Part shown: one piece after another, positions 49,496-61,006 of the stretch
Layout of the letters: each line of letters begins with the position of its first letter
How positions within the stretch are numbered: position 1 is the stretch's first letter
Source: Phoronis australis
Taxonomy: Eukaryota; Animalia; Phoronida
Length of the DNA stretch: 64,000 nt
NCBI GenBank assembly: GCA_002633005.1
Contig: NMRA01000039.1
Span: 1,220,335 to 1,284,334 of the forward strand
Direction: 5' to 3'
Position numbers and translations under genes: made by a program
The notes under the pieces: generated by a model
What the model was told of the DNA's origin: nothing
Seen by the model: the letters and a program-made list of their open reading frames with translations, nothing else
The model's database searches: none

Positions 49496-51161
49496 CTCTG
49501 AAAAAGTAATAGTGTGGTAATCATGAAATGGCGCCTAAACTTGTGAAGTCTATTAGGTTTGAACAGTCATATGTTTGGAATAAAGTGCGGATGTTTTGCA
49601 AGAAATACGAAAATTACCTCTCACCGAAAACAAACAGTCCGAATACCAGTCGTCTGCTTGCGGATGGACTAGCAACTATTGCTAGAATGACACTATGCAC
49701 AAAATAGCCACCTACCTTATGCAAGTAGCTGAAACAATGTTGCAGTAACTTAATCTTTACTTCAACATTTGAATTCATAAGACTTAATTCCAGAGGCACA
49801 CGTACTTGCAATTTTGAAGTTTATTAACTGCATGCTACTAGCTTGCAGGAAGAAATTCACTGATAATCACATTTTTCGAATAGTGAAGGGTTTCTCAAAC
49901 AATTCATAATGAACATATAGTTAAAAGCTAAATTTGTTGATAGCAGTCTGGTAAAGTAACCTAACGAAAACCGCGGGAATATAAATGTTTTTATTTTTTT
50001 TATCCGTTGGTTCATTCTTCGATTCCAACTGCTTATCTGATCCCGGTTTTCTGAACAACACTTTAACGTTTGCTGCTGTTGTGGTGTAAGCAGTTTTGGA
50101 CAATCCTCAGGGAACACCGTTATACTAGTGCCCGTAACACCAGGTGGCGCATAAGTTCGAAATATTCATCACTGACACCGCCCGAAGTACATAAGGGCCC
50201 GTTCCGTATCGTAAGCGAAAGCCAGTGAGAGCATGCGCTTTGACTTGTAATTCAAAGCGATATCTCGCGAAAATTTGCGTAATCTCGCCAAGCTCGCGAG
50301 AGACTAATATAACCGAAGCTCCTTAAAATCAAAAGATACAACATGTTGTCGATTTTACTGCTACAAGATATCCGGCCGTTCACAATAGAGCCTGCCAGAC
50401 ACTTAACATGTACGTTGTTTATGTAATTCAGTCCTGTAAAGTTCCAATGAAATATCACCGCAACTTGGGAAACTACTGGAACTGATAGCGAGAAAAAACA
50501 AATTCAAAACTCACACTAACGTCCAGCTATGGTCTCAAGATTTTGTCGAGGGGTCGACAAGAGACCAACTTGGGCTGTTTGAGAGTCCACAAGTGACCGC
50601 GGCGGGACTAGGGGTCCAGACCTTAGATTCCCTCCAAATCCGCGCCCAACGACGGAGGTTAGAGAGAATCTTGAATCTTTATATTTAAGCTTACCTTTAA
50701 AAAAGCATGGTTCCTTGACCAGCCATGGAAGTTCATTGGTGAGAGTATTATCTTCTCAGTGTTATTGTACGTTCTCACTGGGCCACTGCGAAACAAATTG
50801 GGGTTAAAACAACGATTATCGCACATATGTATGTTTATCAAAATATGCTCTCAAGGCTTGTGACGTTTTCACAGGGTGACGCATACGTCGAACTTGTTTT
50901 CGGTCACTCGGATAGTGAACTTACTGGCGGATGTTTCCGACTCAGCATCAAACTAAGACTAATCATTGATGATGAGGATAATGATGTTGACGAGAATGAC
51001 GAAGATGACCTTTGAGCTGTGAATATATTCAAGTCGCTAACGACGCATACATTTTCCGAGTCCAACTTTTTAATTAAATAACAAAACGACCTGGCTGCAA
51101 AACGATTTTAATATGCATAAACAACAATACACCTTTTACAGCCTCCGAAATTAGTCTTTAC

Positions 51162-51314
51162 CAGGGGCGTATGCAGGATTTTCAGTTAGGGGGGCCAGGC
51201 CAAAGTATTAGCCAGGATTTTGCCCGTCGGACATACGCACCCCCGAATTGTCAAATGGAATCTGGGAGATTTTTTTTGGGGGGAGGGCATGGCCCCCTTC
51301 TAAATCCGCCACTG
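51162..51314 (-). mobile_element. MITE family A, TSD TTTAC
   Basis: TTTAC duplicated on both sides. Confidence 0.85.
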
Positions 51315-52777
51315 TTTACCGTTTGGTTTAGATTTACTTTAGCTAATTAACTTTATAGGACATCTGTTTCATAATTACGACCTAATATGCTGATTTACTC
51401 GAACAAACTCGTTAAAAATTTCCTTGCATGATACAAATTGGTTTCTATCACAGAAAAGAGTTTAAAAAATAGCCTTGGATTGAAATGATGCAGCACAACC
51501 TGAATGAACCGGACTCTCTCAAAACTGATATCTTTTAGACACTTTTCCTTACGAGTCGTGAATTAGGTGTTTAAACTGTAGTTTCTAGCGTGGTATGGAA
51601 CATTTTGAAAGATTTTTCGCATGATTAAGTAACCTGGGCCCGGGTTCTAATTTTTTGTGCAAACTCAAGATAAGTTTCTATTATTCTATGCTCGAGTACG
51701 TAATGACTTACGTGGATAATTTTTTAATCCTAGTTTGCAGTTGATAAACCCAACATTAAGGCTTAAAGTTCAAGTTTTTACTCGAGTTTGTGGCACGAAT
51801 GTTAGGGTCATCAAGTGCAAGAAACTCATAAGCGTAAACTATAATGTATTTCAGCACAGTCTAATAAACACTTATCTTGAGTTTGCACAAAAGGAGTAGC
51901 AGAGAAATTGCCCAAAAATAATTTTGAGTTCGTGTCGAGCACAGAAATTAGATTCCGGGCCCTGGAGTAGTACGGCATGCTTTGCGTACTCTGTACTGGC
52001 GGAGTCTCGCTGGTTCCCAACGTGCCTAGGCAGCACGCTAGCTACCGACCACCTAGCGGTACGCAGGGAACCAGTGAGCTGGCGGAGTAAGCAGGAAACG
52101 GAGTCGCCCTCCCTCCAAATTTAGACGAGGGTCCCCGTTTTATCGCCGTTTTTCACAATTCCCCGACTTTTGAAAACCTGCCAAACACTCCCAAATTTTC
52201 AAAACTCTGGCTATCGTAAAAGGTAAAATGCTGAACAAATTTACTTCCTGTAACCGACATTCGGTACTTTTTCGTTGGGACGAGTTTCATCGGTAGATAA
52301 AATGCATACGGTATTTCTTCAGATAGTTTGCCCTAAAATATTTCGAATGTTCTCAAAGGATTTCTGCAGTTATAAAATAAGTGAATATACGACGTGTAGT
52401 GTTATTGCGGCTACAGAATACAAAGATAAAGAACTGGGAGATTTCCTGTTCACTTTGAGAATTTTTGGCAAAGAAAATGCCACGTTTCCACTATATATTG
52501 TGTGCTACCCTACACTACACTAAGCACATAGCGCAGACAACGTATATTACAAGGTTAATATAAGCCTATACGCTTTTTAGTGCACCCTGTAATGTAAGTG
52601 TTTTGTAGCTCTAAGAGATAGCGTGCCAACATTTCGTATTATGCATCGTCGACATACTTGGAAGCCATAGACATCTGCTTTCTAACAAAAAGAGTAATTA
52701 AAGAGAGCATTCACCTTCTCCGATATCATCTAGCATTTATAGCTGCATGTCGCCAATAGCCAGTTGTTGGCGTACCA

Positions 52778-53105
52778 TAGAATCATACGCAAGTGGGCAT
52801 CACATCTTACGCACGAACCACTTACGAATCATGCGTACGAAACCATGAACCGCGCATACGAACCCAGAAATCACGCATGCGAACAAACATCATACGCACG
52901 AGCATCCGAATCAAACACGCAAACCACCTGGCTATCGTGCGTGTGATTCAATGCTGGTGCGGTCACTATGTATGATTTTTGTGCCGGGTTCGTATGCGTG
53001 ATTTTTTGGATTCGTTTGCATGATTCACGCGTTCGTATGCACGATCCATACGTTCTAGCTGGTTCGTGCGTAAGATGCGATCATTGTGCGTTTGCCGTAT
53101 TCTAC
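52778..53105. mobile_element. Foldback MITE with CGCATACGAACC-type repeats
   Basis: CATCTTACGCACGAACCA / TGGTTCGTGCGTAAGATG inverted arms. Confidence 0.7.
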
Positions 53106-53277
53106 CCGAGTTGGTTAACGTTACTTTTGAACTGAAAATAGTTTTGATGGTTATGTAGGACCCAAGAAAAATGTCCAAATTTGGCTTACTTCGAAACATC
53201 ATGTCACAGAAACGGTCGATTAGATTGATATCACTTTCAAACGGTTGCATTATGCACTGTTCCCAAATCGCTATTAA

Positions 53278-54881
53278 AGGAGCATGCCACCCAAAAAACA
53301 ACCTAATTTGTATCAATTTAGATCGAGTAGTTCTACTCCATGACGACATGTACGGTTGCGTTACCTGACACCTGACGGCAGACGGAGGTATTGAAATTAT
53401 CCAATGACGTCATCGGTTTCACACGCAGTCTGTTCAGCAGTTCACAACACGGGTTACAAGTATCAGCTTATCGCTTGAAGTCATCGTTTAACACCAATAA
53501 ATCATCAAACTTCGATGTAAAACCCTTAAAAATACACAGAGTTCTTATAAAAACGTGTTGTTTTATTTCGTTCTTACGGATTTATTGGTATTTGGACACA
53601 CCCTAGCCTACGATGTTCGGCAGGCCAATAAGGTCCGTAGCAGGAGTTTGGGGTAATTTCGAAGTATAAATACAAACAGGAGAACCTACTAGATCTGTGT
53701 TGTTTGGACTTGTGATTTTTTAGTTCTAAACACAAAACGCTTGTTATCCCCGCCAGTGGCTCGGAAACTTATCAGACATCACGAACATAAACCATCCAAA
53801 GTTCAGTAGAAATTAAACTTCCAGTCAAGAAATTTAGTGAGTCAAAGTAATGGGCACCTGATTATGTTGGTGAATTAGCCACGAAACTGCAAATCTACTT
53901 ACTCGTCGGGGGCCGCGAATTCAGGTTCCGCTTTGGCCACAGCACCGTCAGAGCAGGAGTTGTACATTGGCAATAAGTTATCTTAGTAATGTAAATGTAA
54001 ATAAAGGTTCCCCTAACACCTGACCGTGGGATGGAAATCGAGTTGTTTCACAACAGTTTCTGCCAGCAAACACTAAATTAGCATGAGCTCATACGGCCTA
54101 GGTGTCCCGTCAATTAGTTCTTTTTTTGCACTGACCTAAAGCCGGTAACGCAGTGATTTATTCATTGCTGGCTTTTCAAATCATTTGCACTCACGAACAC
54201 TCCAAAGGCATTACAAATTGCATCTAGTGAGACAGACTTTGTTTCAGTTTTATATAAGTATTGGTTAGGTTGAGAATAATTCATTTTGAAACGGAACGCT
54301 CAGTAATAAACGCCAACAAGATGGCAACTCGCAATCCCGACTTAGTAGGACGAGCTAGAGCTCATCGGTCCCGACTTGGCAGGTGGATCGTTAAGTTTTA
54401 CAGGCTATCAATACGAACAGGAATACAGTGATGAAGAAATACTAGAGGCGCCGTGAACAAGCTCAGACAACGGAAAGTATGGAGTTATTTGTTAAGCCGG
54501 CATTCGTCAGGCACTGTCGACGTCTGCAGGCCACAGACACGGAGATGTTTCACGGCCTCATACTTGCTATTTACAATCTACATTCCATTCTTCGCTACTG
54601 CGATCCCAATCCTAAACATTTCGGACTCTCGAGGAAGTCGAAAAACGATATACCCGCTTTCCTTGCAATTGCATAGTTCGCACAAGCGGGAACGATGCAC
54701 CGCAACATAGCGGCATTCACTCTGCATAAGAACCATTGACGTCGCTAGCGTCGTTTCTCACCTTCCTCACAGGTTAACACGACACCTCTTGGCAAGGTAA
54801 GGTCGACAGTATGCGAGGCGATGTGGATATAGACCGATTAAGACGGCAAAAAAGACTAATTAAATCTGGTGGCATTCTCCT
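53278..54881. mobile_element. 1.6-kb non-autonomous Kolobok-type DNA transposon (TTAA TSD, 14-bp TIR)
   Basis: TTAA|AGGAGCATGCCACC ... GGTGGCATTCTCCT|TTAA (13/14 TIR match). Purine-purine terminus is as in Kolobok, not piggyBac CC. Confidence 0.8.
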
Positions 54882-56222
54882 TTAAGGCCATTAAAATATA
54901 GGACTGTTACGTTTTTCATAAACCTTTAAAGTTGCATAAAAAGAAAACAAATTGATATTTTAGAAAACTGTAATAGCGAGTTTGAGTTCTAACATTCACA
55001 TTAAATAAAATTTGATCATGTTATTGATACCGTTGTTTTGCTATCAATGTACCTTTCTTTTTTGTTAACTTTCAATAAAAAATATGGTCAAAACCTCAGG
55101 GGGCCAGCTTGAAAACTGTGGCGACCAGGGAAAGTGACACGTATTGATGTCGACGGCATATTTTGTACTACTCGGTCGACAATATGGGTCTAGTGCGGCA
55201 ATGTATGTCACAACACAACCATTGATGGCGATGGGGGAAGGCCGGGGGCAGTTAGAAACTTGACATGAAAGAAGCAATAAGCCATTTAAGAGAAATGGCA
55301 TTTTTTAATTTAAGGAAACGAAATATCACCGCAGCAATCAGTGCTTGTGAGAGTAACGTCAAGACTTGTTCCATTAAAAAATGCTGCCTCCGCAAGGATC
55401 AACGTCTGGTCTGGAGCTCGATATATGAGCGTCAGTTTTGAGATGAATAGGCAACACTGGCATTGTAGAATTCACAGTTTTTATGAAAATTTTCTTCGCC
55501 GAGAAAAGTGATATGCTTTACGTAAAAATATTGTAAATTAATTTTTTCAATGTCGTCTTTGGGCCACCGTAGATACGTCTCCACATTGCACTGACCTACA
55601 TGACTTTCAACTATGCTAGACTTGTTTGGCGTTTACGTGGTACCGGCACATTGTAATTTTACTAATTTTTCCATTCAAAAATTAAATTACGCACATGAAA
55701 GCTAAATTAATGGTTATTTATAGTTATTGCAGGAAACACTTTAATAACAGGATGGTGGTGAGCGGCAAAGCTTTTAGATGTGGGTGGTATTTCGTTGAGT
55801 GTCGAGTAATACCGAGGAACGGTTCGAATACCGTGCTCAAGACCATGCACCTTCAGGCAAGGCATGGATCAAGGGACTGTTCTACTATAAGTGTTACGTT
55901 TTTGAGTAAATTCTTATCTATCTTATCCTTACTCAAATTCTTGAAGCCATATTTCGCCATGTTAACCTGAGTAAAAAACAAAAATCGAATTAGGCTTTGT
56001 TGCTACGAAAGTCGATCTCACAATAGACCTTACAATAACAGGACCCAATTTCCGTTTTAACGGTGTTAAAATACGAACGACAGAAACCATCAGCGACTCA
56101 AGGCTTCAGAGTACATTGACTTGGGGTTGAGCAGCCCTAAAATTTAAAATGGCTCATGTTAGCATTGCCTGTAACTCGAGCTGGTAACGGAAATAGAATC
56201 TTATTAGGGTAAAGAGTGAGAC

Positions 56223-56508
56223 CAGGCGTGCGTTCAGTAGACGCTAGGACCTAGCTAAAACCTAGTCAAAGTCACGTGCTCTGATTTAAAATGCACGGCA
56301 ATGTCTCACGTAATCTCGCGAAGTCTTGCTTTTTAGCGAGGTCCTAGCGTTACTGAACGGGAGGCAGGCTTACGTTCAGTAACATTAGGACTTCGCTAAA
56401 AAACAAGACTTCGCGAGATAATAGAGATATTGCGGTGTATTTCAAATGAGAGCACGTGGCTTTGGCTAAATTTTTAGCTAGGTCCTAGCGTTACTGAACG
56501 CACACCGG
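56223..56508. mobile_element. Two abutting inverted copies of the 140-bp MITE
   Basis: 56223-56365 matches 7725-7865; 56366-56508 is its reverse complement. Confidence 0.8.
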
Positions 56509-56943
56509 CTTTGTTGGTGTAAAAGTTATAATCGGACTATTAATTTTAAGCTAGCTAAACAGGGCGAAATGCAACTTCAAGCGTGTTTCACAATGTAAGT
56601 ACTCAGTTTAAAAACAGTCATTCTCGGAATTCTTATGGTGAAATTACCTCAAATTTGAAGGCAGGTAACTTAAATTTTTGTCACAGATACATAAATTGAG
56701 ATTGCATCTTCAAGGTAAAAGATAAATGATCCCTCGCGTGGTGGAGAATACCTGAGATCGTTATGTGACAGATTGACTCCCAGGGCATGCTGAGGCAAAG
56801 AGTTTTGGCCGGGGTCAGTGAAAAAATTGTTAAGATCACGGGGTTGGGTAGTTCCACTCATGGGAAGTCCGAGACATCGCAAATTTATCTGAATGTGAAC
56901 AGCTAATATAAAATGACTGTATTAGAAATACACATTAATTATA

Positions 56944-59900
56944 TTATGTTTCAGAAACTATCACTATTTCATCAGTATTTTCTACATCAATGTCATCATC
57001 ATCGCCAGCGTCTGACTGGTCTCGTTTATAGTGCGTTCTCATGTGTTTACTCAAATGATCACTACGCATGAAACGCTTCCCACAGTCTTGGCAGGCGAAT
57101 CTTTTTTCCCCAGTATGAGTCCGTAAATGTCGCTGTAGTTCATCTGAGCGCGTGAAACTTTTCCCGCAGAACAGCCAATTGCATACAAAGGGTCGCTCGC
57201 CATTGTGCCAGCGAAGATGTGCCTTCAAATGAGACGTTTTGCCGTAAACCTTTCCGCATCCGCTAATGTGACAGATGTGTTCTTTTCTCTTGCTGGACGA
57301 TGATTGGCTGGGATTTTGGCAGTTTGGACAACGACACCTTCTACATCGTCTGGCCGATGCAATGGTCGGTTTGTTCGGTGACAAAAATGAAGTTATCCGA
57401 GTTTCCATCGGGGGCGGAGAAAAAAGTGAATGAGGATGAATGGTGAACGACATAGGTGACGTCATTTGTGAGGGATATGTGCACTGCTGAATGTTCGACT
57501 CTATGCTCCACCACGGTTCGACTTCTGGCGACCTCTGTGGAGACGTTATGCAACAGTTCTTGTGTACCGGCGAAAGACACGGCGGAACAAAAGTCTGCGA
57601 CAGTGAAGACTTATAAACTTTGGCCTGCAAATCACAATGCAGCGTTTGATGAAGAGGGGGCTGTAACTGTGATAAGGGGGGCGAACATGGCGCCACCAAC
57701 GGTTCATTCTGACATGACCATGGCAGCGACGGCACAGCGGAAGTTCCGAATCGCGAACAAGGCGACAGCATACCTGATCCGACCAGTGAAATCGGCGACG
57801 GCCTCGCTATTGTCGACGACAACGTGTTCTGAAATAAATGTAAAAAAAATCTGCCGTATAATACCCAGTTGCACTTAAAACTATATTCAACAATAAACAT
57901 CAAGTTACATGATATGGGAGAAAAGGAAACTGGTTTAATAAAAATTCCACTTTATATTTGAGTTGATTTTATAATACAATGACATTATAATCAACAATTC
58001 TATAGTAGATTTCTGATTTGATAATTAATAAAAACACTATTTTTTTTGCTCTGCAATGAGTAACATTTTAAAGCTTAAATTAGGTATTTATAGAAAACAT
58101 TTACTGCATTTTACATGAAGTGTGTCTAATTTGATCTTACACACCGGCTTCACAATTACGCTCCCGGTCACAATTACCGAATAAAGGTTTAGCCATTAGT
58201 AACTATGAGACCATTAGTCTAGAAATAGTTTGTAGAAATTATCTCAGTAACCAGCAGTTACGCGTATATTCTCAGAGTATTTGTGCTTTTGCTCAAGTGA
58301 GATTCAATTATTTTTAAAAATGGTTGTTTGGAGCGCAAGACCAAGTTTCTCACGAAGCCGACTAAGTATTCAACCAAATGCATTAGATGTGCTCTTTCCC
58401 ATGCGGAGAAAAATGTCACAATATCGAGAGACAAATAGAAGATTTATTCTCACTTTAGCATAGAAAATGAAGAGCGTTAAGTTTATGCTTTACAATCAAC
58501 AAGTAAGGTAGTGTAGCTCCACTAGCCAACATTCAATGGAAATCGGTCAGATTTTATTGCAGAGGTTGAGGCACATTTAAGTTAATTCAAATCACACAAG
58601 AAAATTTTTATTTCATATAAAGTGGCATATGGATATAAAGTCATCTTAAGAATAAAAATGCTAGTTTTTGATAATTTCTGCAACATTGGAAACGAACACC
58701 AGTGTTATACCTTCATGCAGCCGCTGCACGGTGTTTGGAAAATCAAATCACGACATGTTTGAAAACTTCTGGCCCATCTTTAGAGTCCTGAGCCATATTT
58801 AAAACATGAACCTTTTCTGGTTAACAAGACAAATGTTTCAAATAGTTTTGCATGCTGGTACTTCTTTTTACCACCTTAGCTGTTACAACACCAGGCGGCC
58901 AGACCGTCTCGTTCACGAGTCGGCTCACACAGTACTATCAAACCACATGTCATTGAAATCGATGACATTTCGCGAGTCCGCTCAAAAATGGTTCGGCTGA
59001 GACAATTTGCGAGAAAGTGAAACTGATGAGGAAGTTATCAAAAAAATCAGGAATGGTCCTTTGGCAATGCTTTTGATGTCCGATATTACAAGTTATTAAA
59101 TGCTAAACTTTTTCGTCTGAAAGAAGGCAGCTGGTTACACGGGAGCATAAACTGATGGGATCTAAGGAAGAATGATGCACGCACCCATAGGGGCTCGGGG
59201 GGGGGACTCGAACGAGCCCCCCATTTGGCGAAGTGGGCACAAAGTCCGCCTCTGAGAAACAAAAACTCTGGAAAAAAGTTTTAAAAAACACAAAAAACGA
59301 AACATAAGTCCACCAAAAGTAAAGGATTTCCAAAATGCACAATTCATAGTTCTGAACATACCCCGTGAATCTTAGTAAAAGGTCCACATTCTCAAAAATT
59401 CGAGCCCCGCATTTTTAGGCTGGGTGCGCGCATGAAAATAGTGCGCTAATGTTGAGCTACGAGAGTGGTATATTTAGCCAGTGAACGGAGTTCTCTGAAG
59501 ATCAGGACGCGAAAACACAATTTGCAATTCGCCCCATGTTTGAATTTTTGCTGCATCAAGAAGTTTGGAACACGAATCTTGAGGAATATTACACTTTCCA
59601 GTTGGGAAAACCGGTTACCTTCAAATACAATATTAGTAGTACAAGCAGCATTAACAACATTTACTCAGCAACATGTAAATGTACGAAACACAACGTTGTT
59701 ACTTTGTTGATGGAAGACTTCTGGAAGGTTATCATTCACTAACAAGCGTTATACAGTTTATTGCTCGGTTCTCAAAACCAGTCCCCACCAAAACAAAAGC
59801 GACGACTTGTCACCGGTAGGCGCAATTGGAAAACCATTTCAAAAACAAGCTGCAAGAGCCGAACTAAGCGATAATTCAAGAATTTTCAAGGTCACGAGGA

Positions 59901-59963
59901 AAACGGCAGTGTTACCTGCAGGATGTGGATAGCGCTTTGCGATGGTAGCAGGATTGAAGTCAT
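56944..59963 (-). CDS. SP5: Sp5/buttonhead-class C2H2 zinc-finger transcription factor, ~310 aa
   Basis: Exon 1 59963-59916 ([16 protein letters not shown]|GTAAC, like the short first exon of Sp5 ending in LQ) and exon 2 57828-56944 (after TTTCAG). Btd box [11 protein letters not shown] and three Sp-type fingers ([51 protein letters not shown]). Confidence 0.92.
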
Positions 59964-59999
59964 CGTACACGATGGCTGTTTTGCAAAACCAGTCTCAAT

Positions 60000-60445
60000 A
60001 CTCAACAAAGCTTCAGAATTCTTCCGTCTATGAGAGATGTTGCGCCATTCCGTTCCAAGACGGGAGTTGGTTCTCATCTGAGCACCACACCAAGAAAACC
60101 AAAGGAATATTTTTGCTGCCAGACACGAATATCAAAAGACACCGCCTCCCAATCAAAGCTTATAAAGGGCCTTTAATGATACCGCAATCCAATCATCGCA
60201 AGCCAGCGGGCCATTTGAAAGGAAATTAAAGCCCTTCTGTTCGCACGGGCTTCAGTTTATGTTTGTTATTGTTGATAATGATGTGATTATGCTCGGTTAT
60301 AAGGGGCCGTCCGGGGAGGGAAACTAATCAACACACACATACATGAATAATTGGATTTTAAAGATCAAAGGCGCCGACAATCAACTTTTGACTCCGTCAT
60401 TGGTTAGGCGGGTCACGTGACACCGAGCTCATGCAGATCAAGGCT
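60000..60445 (-). promoter_or_regulatory. Sp5 proximal promoter with TCF/LEF, GC-box and E-box motifs
   Basis: ATCAAAG at 60152, AGATCAAAGG at 60362, AACAAAG at 60004, GGGGAGGG at 60312 and GTCACGTGAC at ~60412. Confidence 0.6.
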
Positions 60446-60875
60446 TCACAAAACGGTGGGTCGACTTTGTAGGCTAATTTCGTGCCTCTGATAACTTCTA
60501 TTGAGCGAAAGATAAAGTAAGCCGAACGCGACGGGAAATCGTTGGATTTTAATCAGTTTCACATTCGCAAACTCGCTTTTTCCTGGGAACTGCTCTGGCC
60601 AGACGTAAACATATCACAAGTATGTGTTAGTTCGTCTTCGAATACGCGGCCGAAAGAACCAAATTCAGCAGACGAATGATTTTAGCGTGCGAACGCTGAA
60701 ACGGAGCATAATTTTAGAATAGGGGTATATCAGTTTTTCGAGACGACAACCCACTCATTTTCTTGAATTTCCGCTAATCATGTACAAATCGTCCACAAGA
60801 AAAACCAATTATTTCACATTTATTTATTTATAACTTCGAGAAAGGATTTACACAAAAATTCTTTATTAATAATCC

Positions 60876-61006
60876 CAGTAGCAGATTTAAGGAGGTGGGC
60901 AAGGGGCCATGGCCCACCCGATATTCCATTTGGCAGTTCGTGGGTGCAAATGTCTGACGCATACTTTGCCCTGACCCCTTAACTCAAAATCCTGGATCCG
61001 CCCCTG
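60876..61006 (+). mobile_element. MITE family A (internally deleted), flanks AATCC/AGTCC
   Basis: Shared core and terminus CCTGGATCCGCCCCTG. Confidence 0.8.

Noticed and set aside
50827-51015. Acidic plus-strand ORF or Ser-rich minus-strand exon
   Set aside because: Low-complexity GAT/TCA tract that could not be joined in phase to neighbouring exons.
53278-54881. piggyBac element (TTAA TSD)
   Set aside because: The termini begin AGG rather than CC(C/Y), which fits Kolobok.
57829-57903. N-terminus of the 319-aa Sp ORF as given in the track
   Set aside because: It is intronic: a clear acceptor precedes 57828 and an in-phase first exon lies at 59963-59916.
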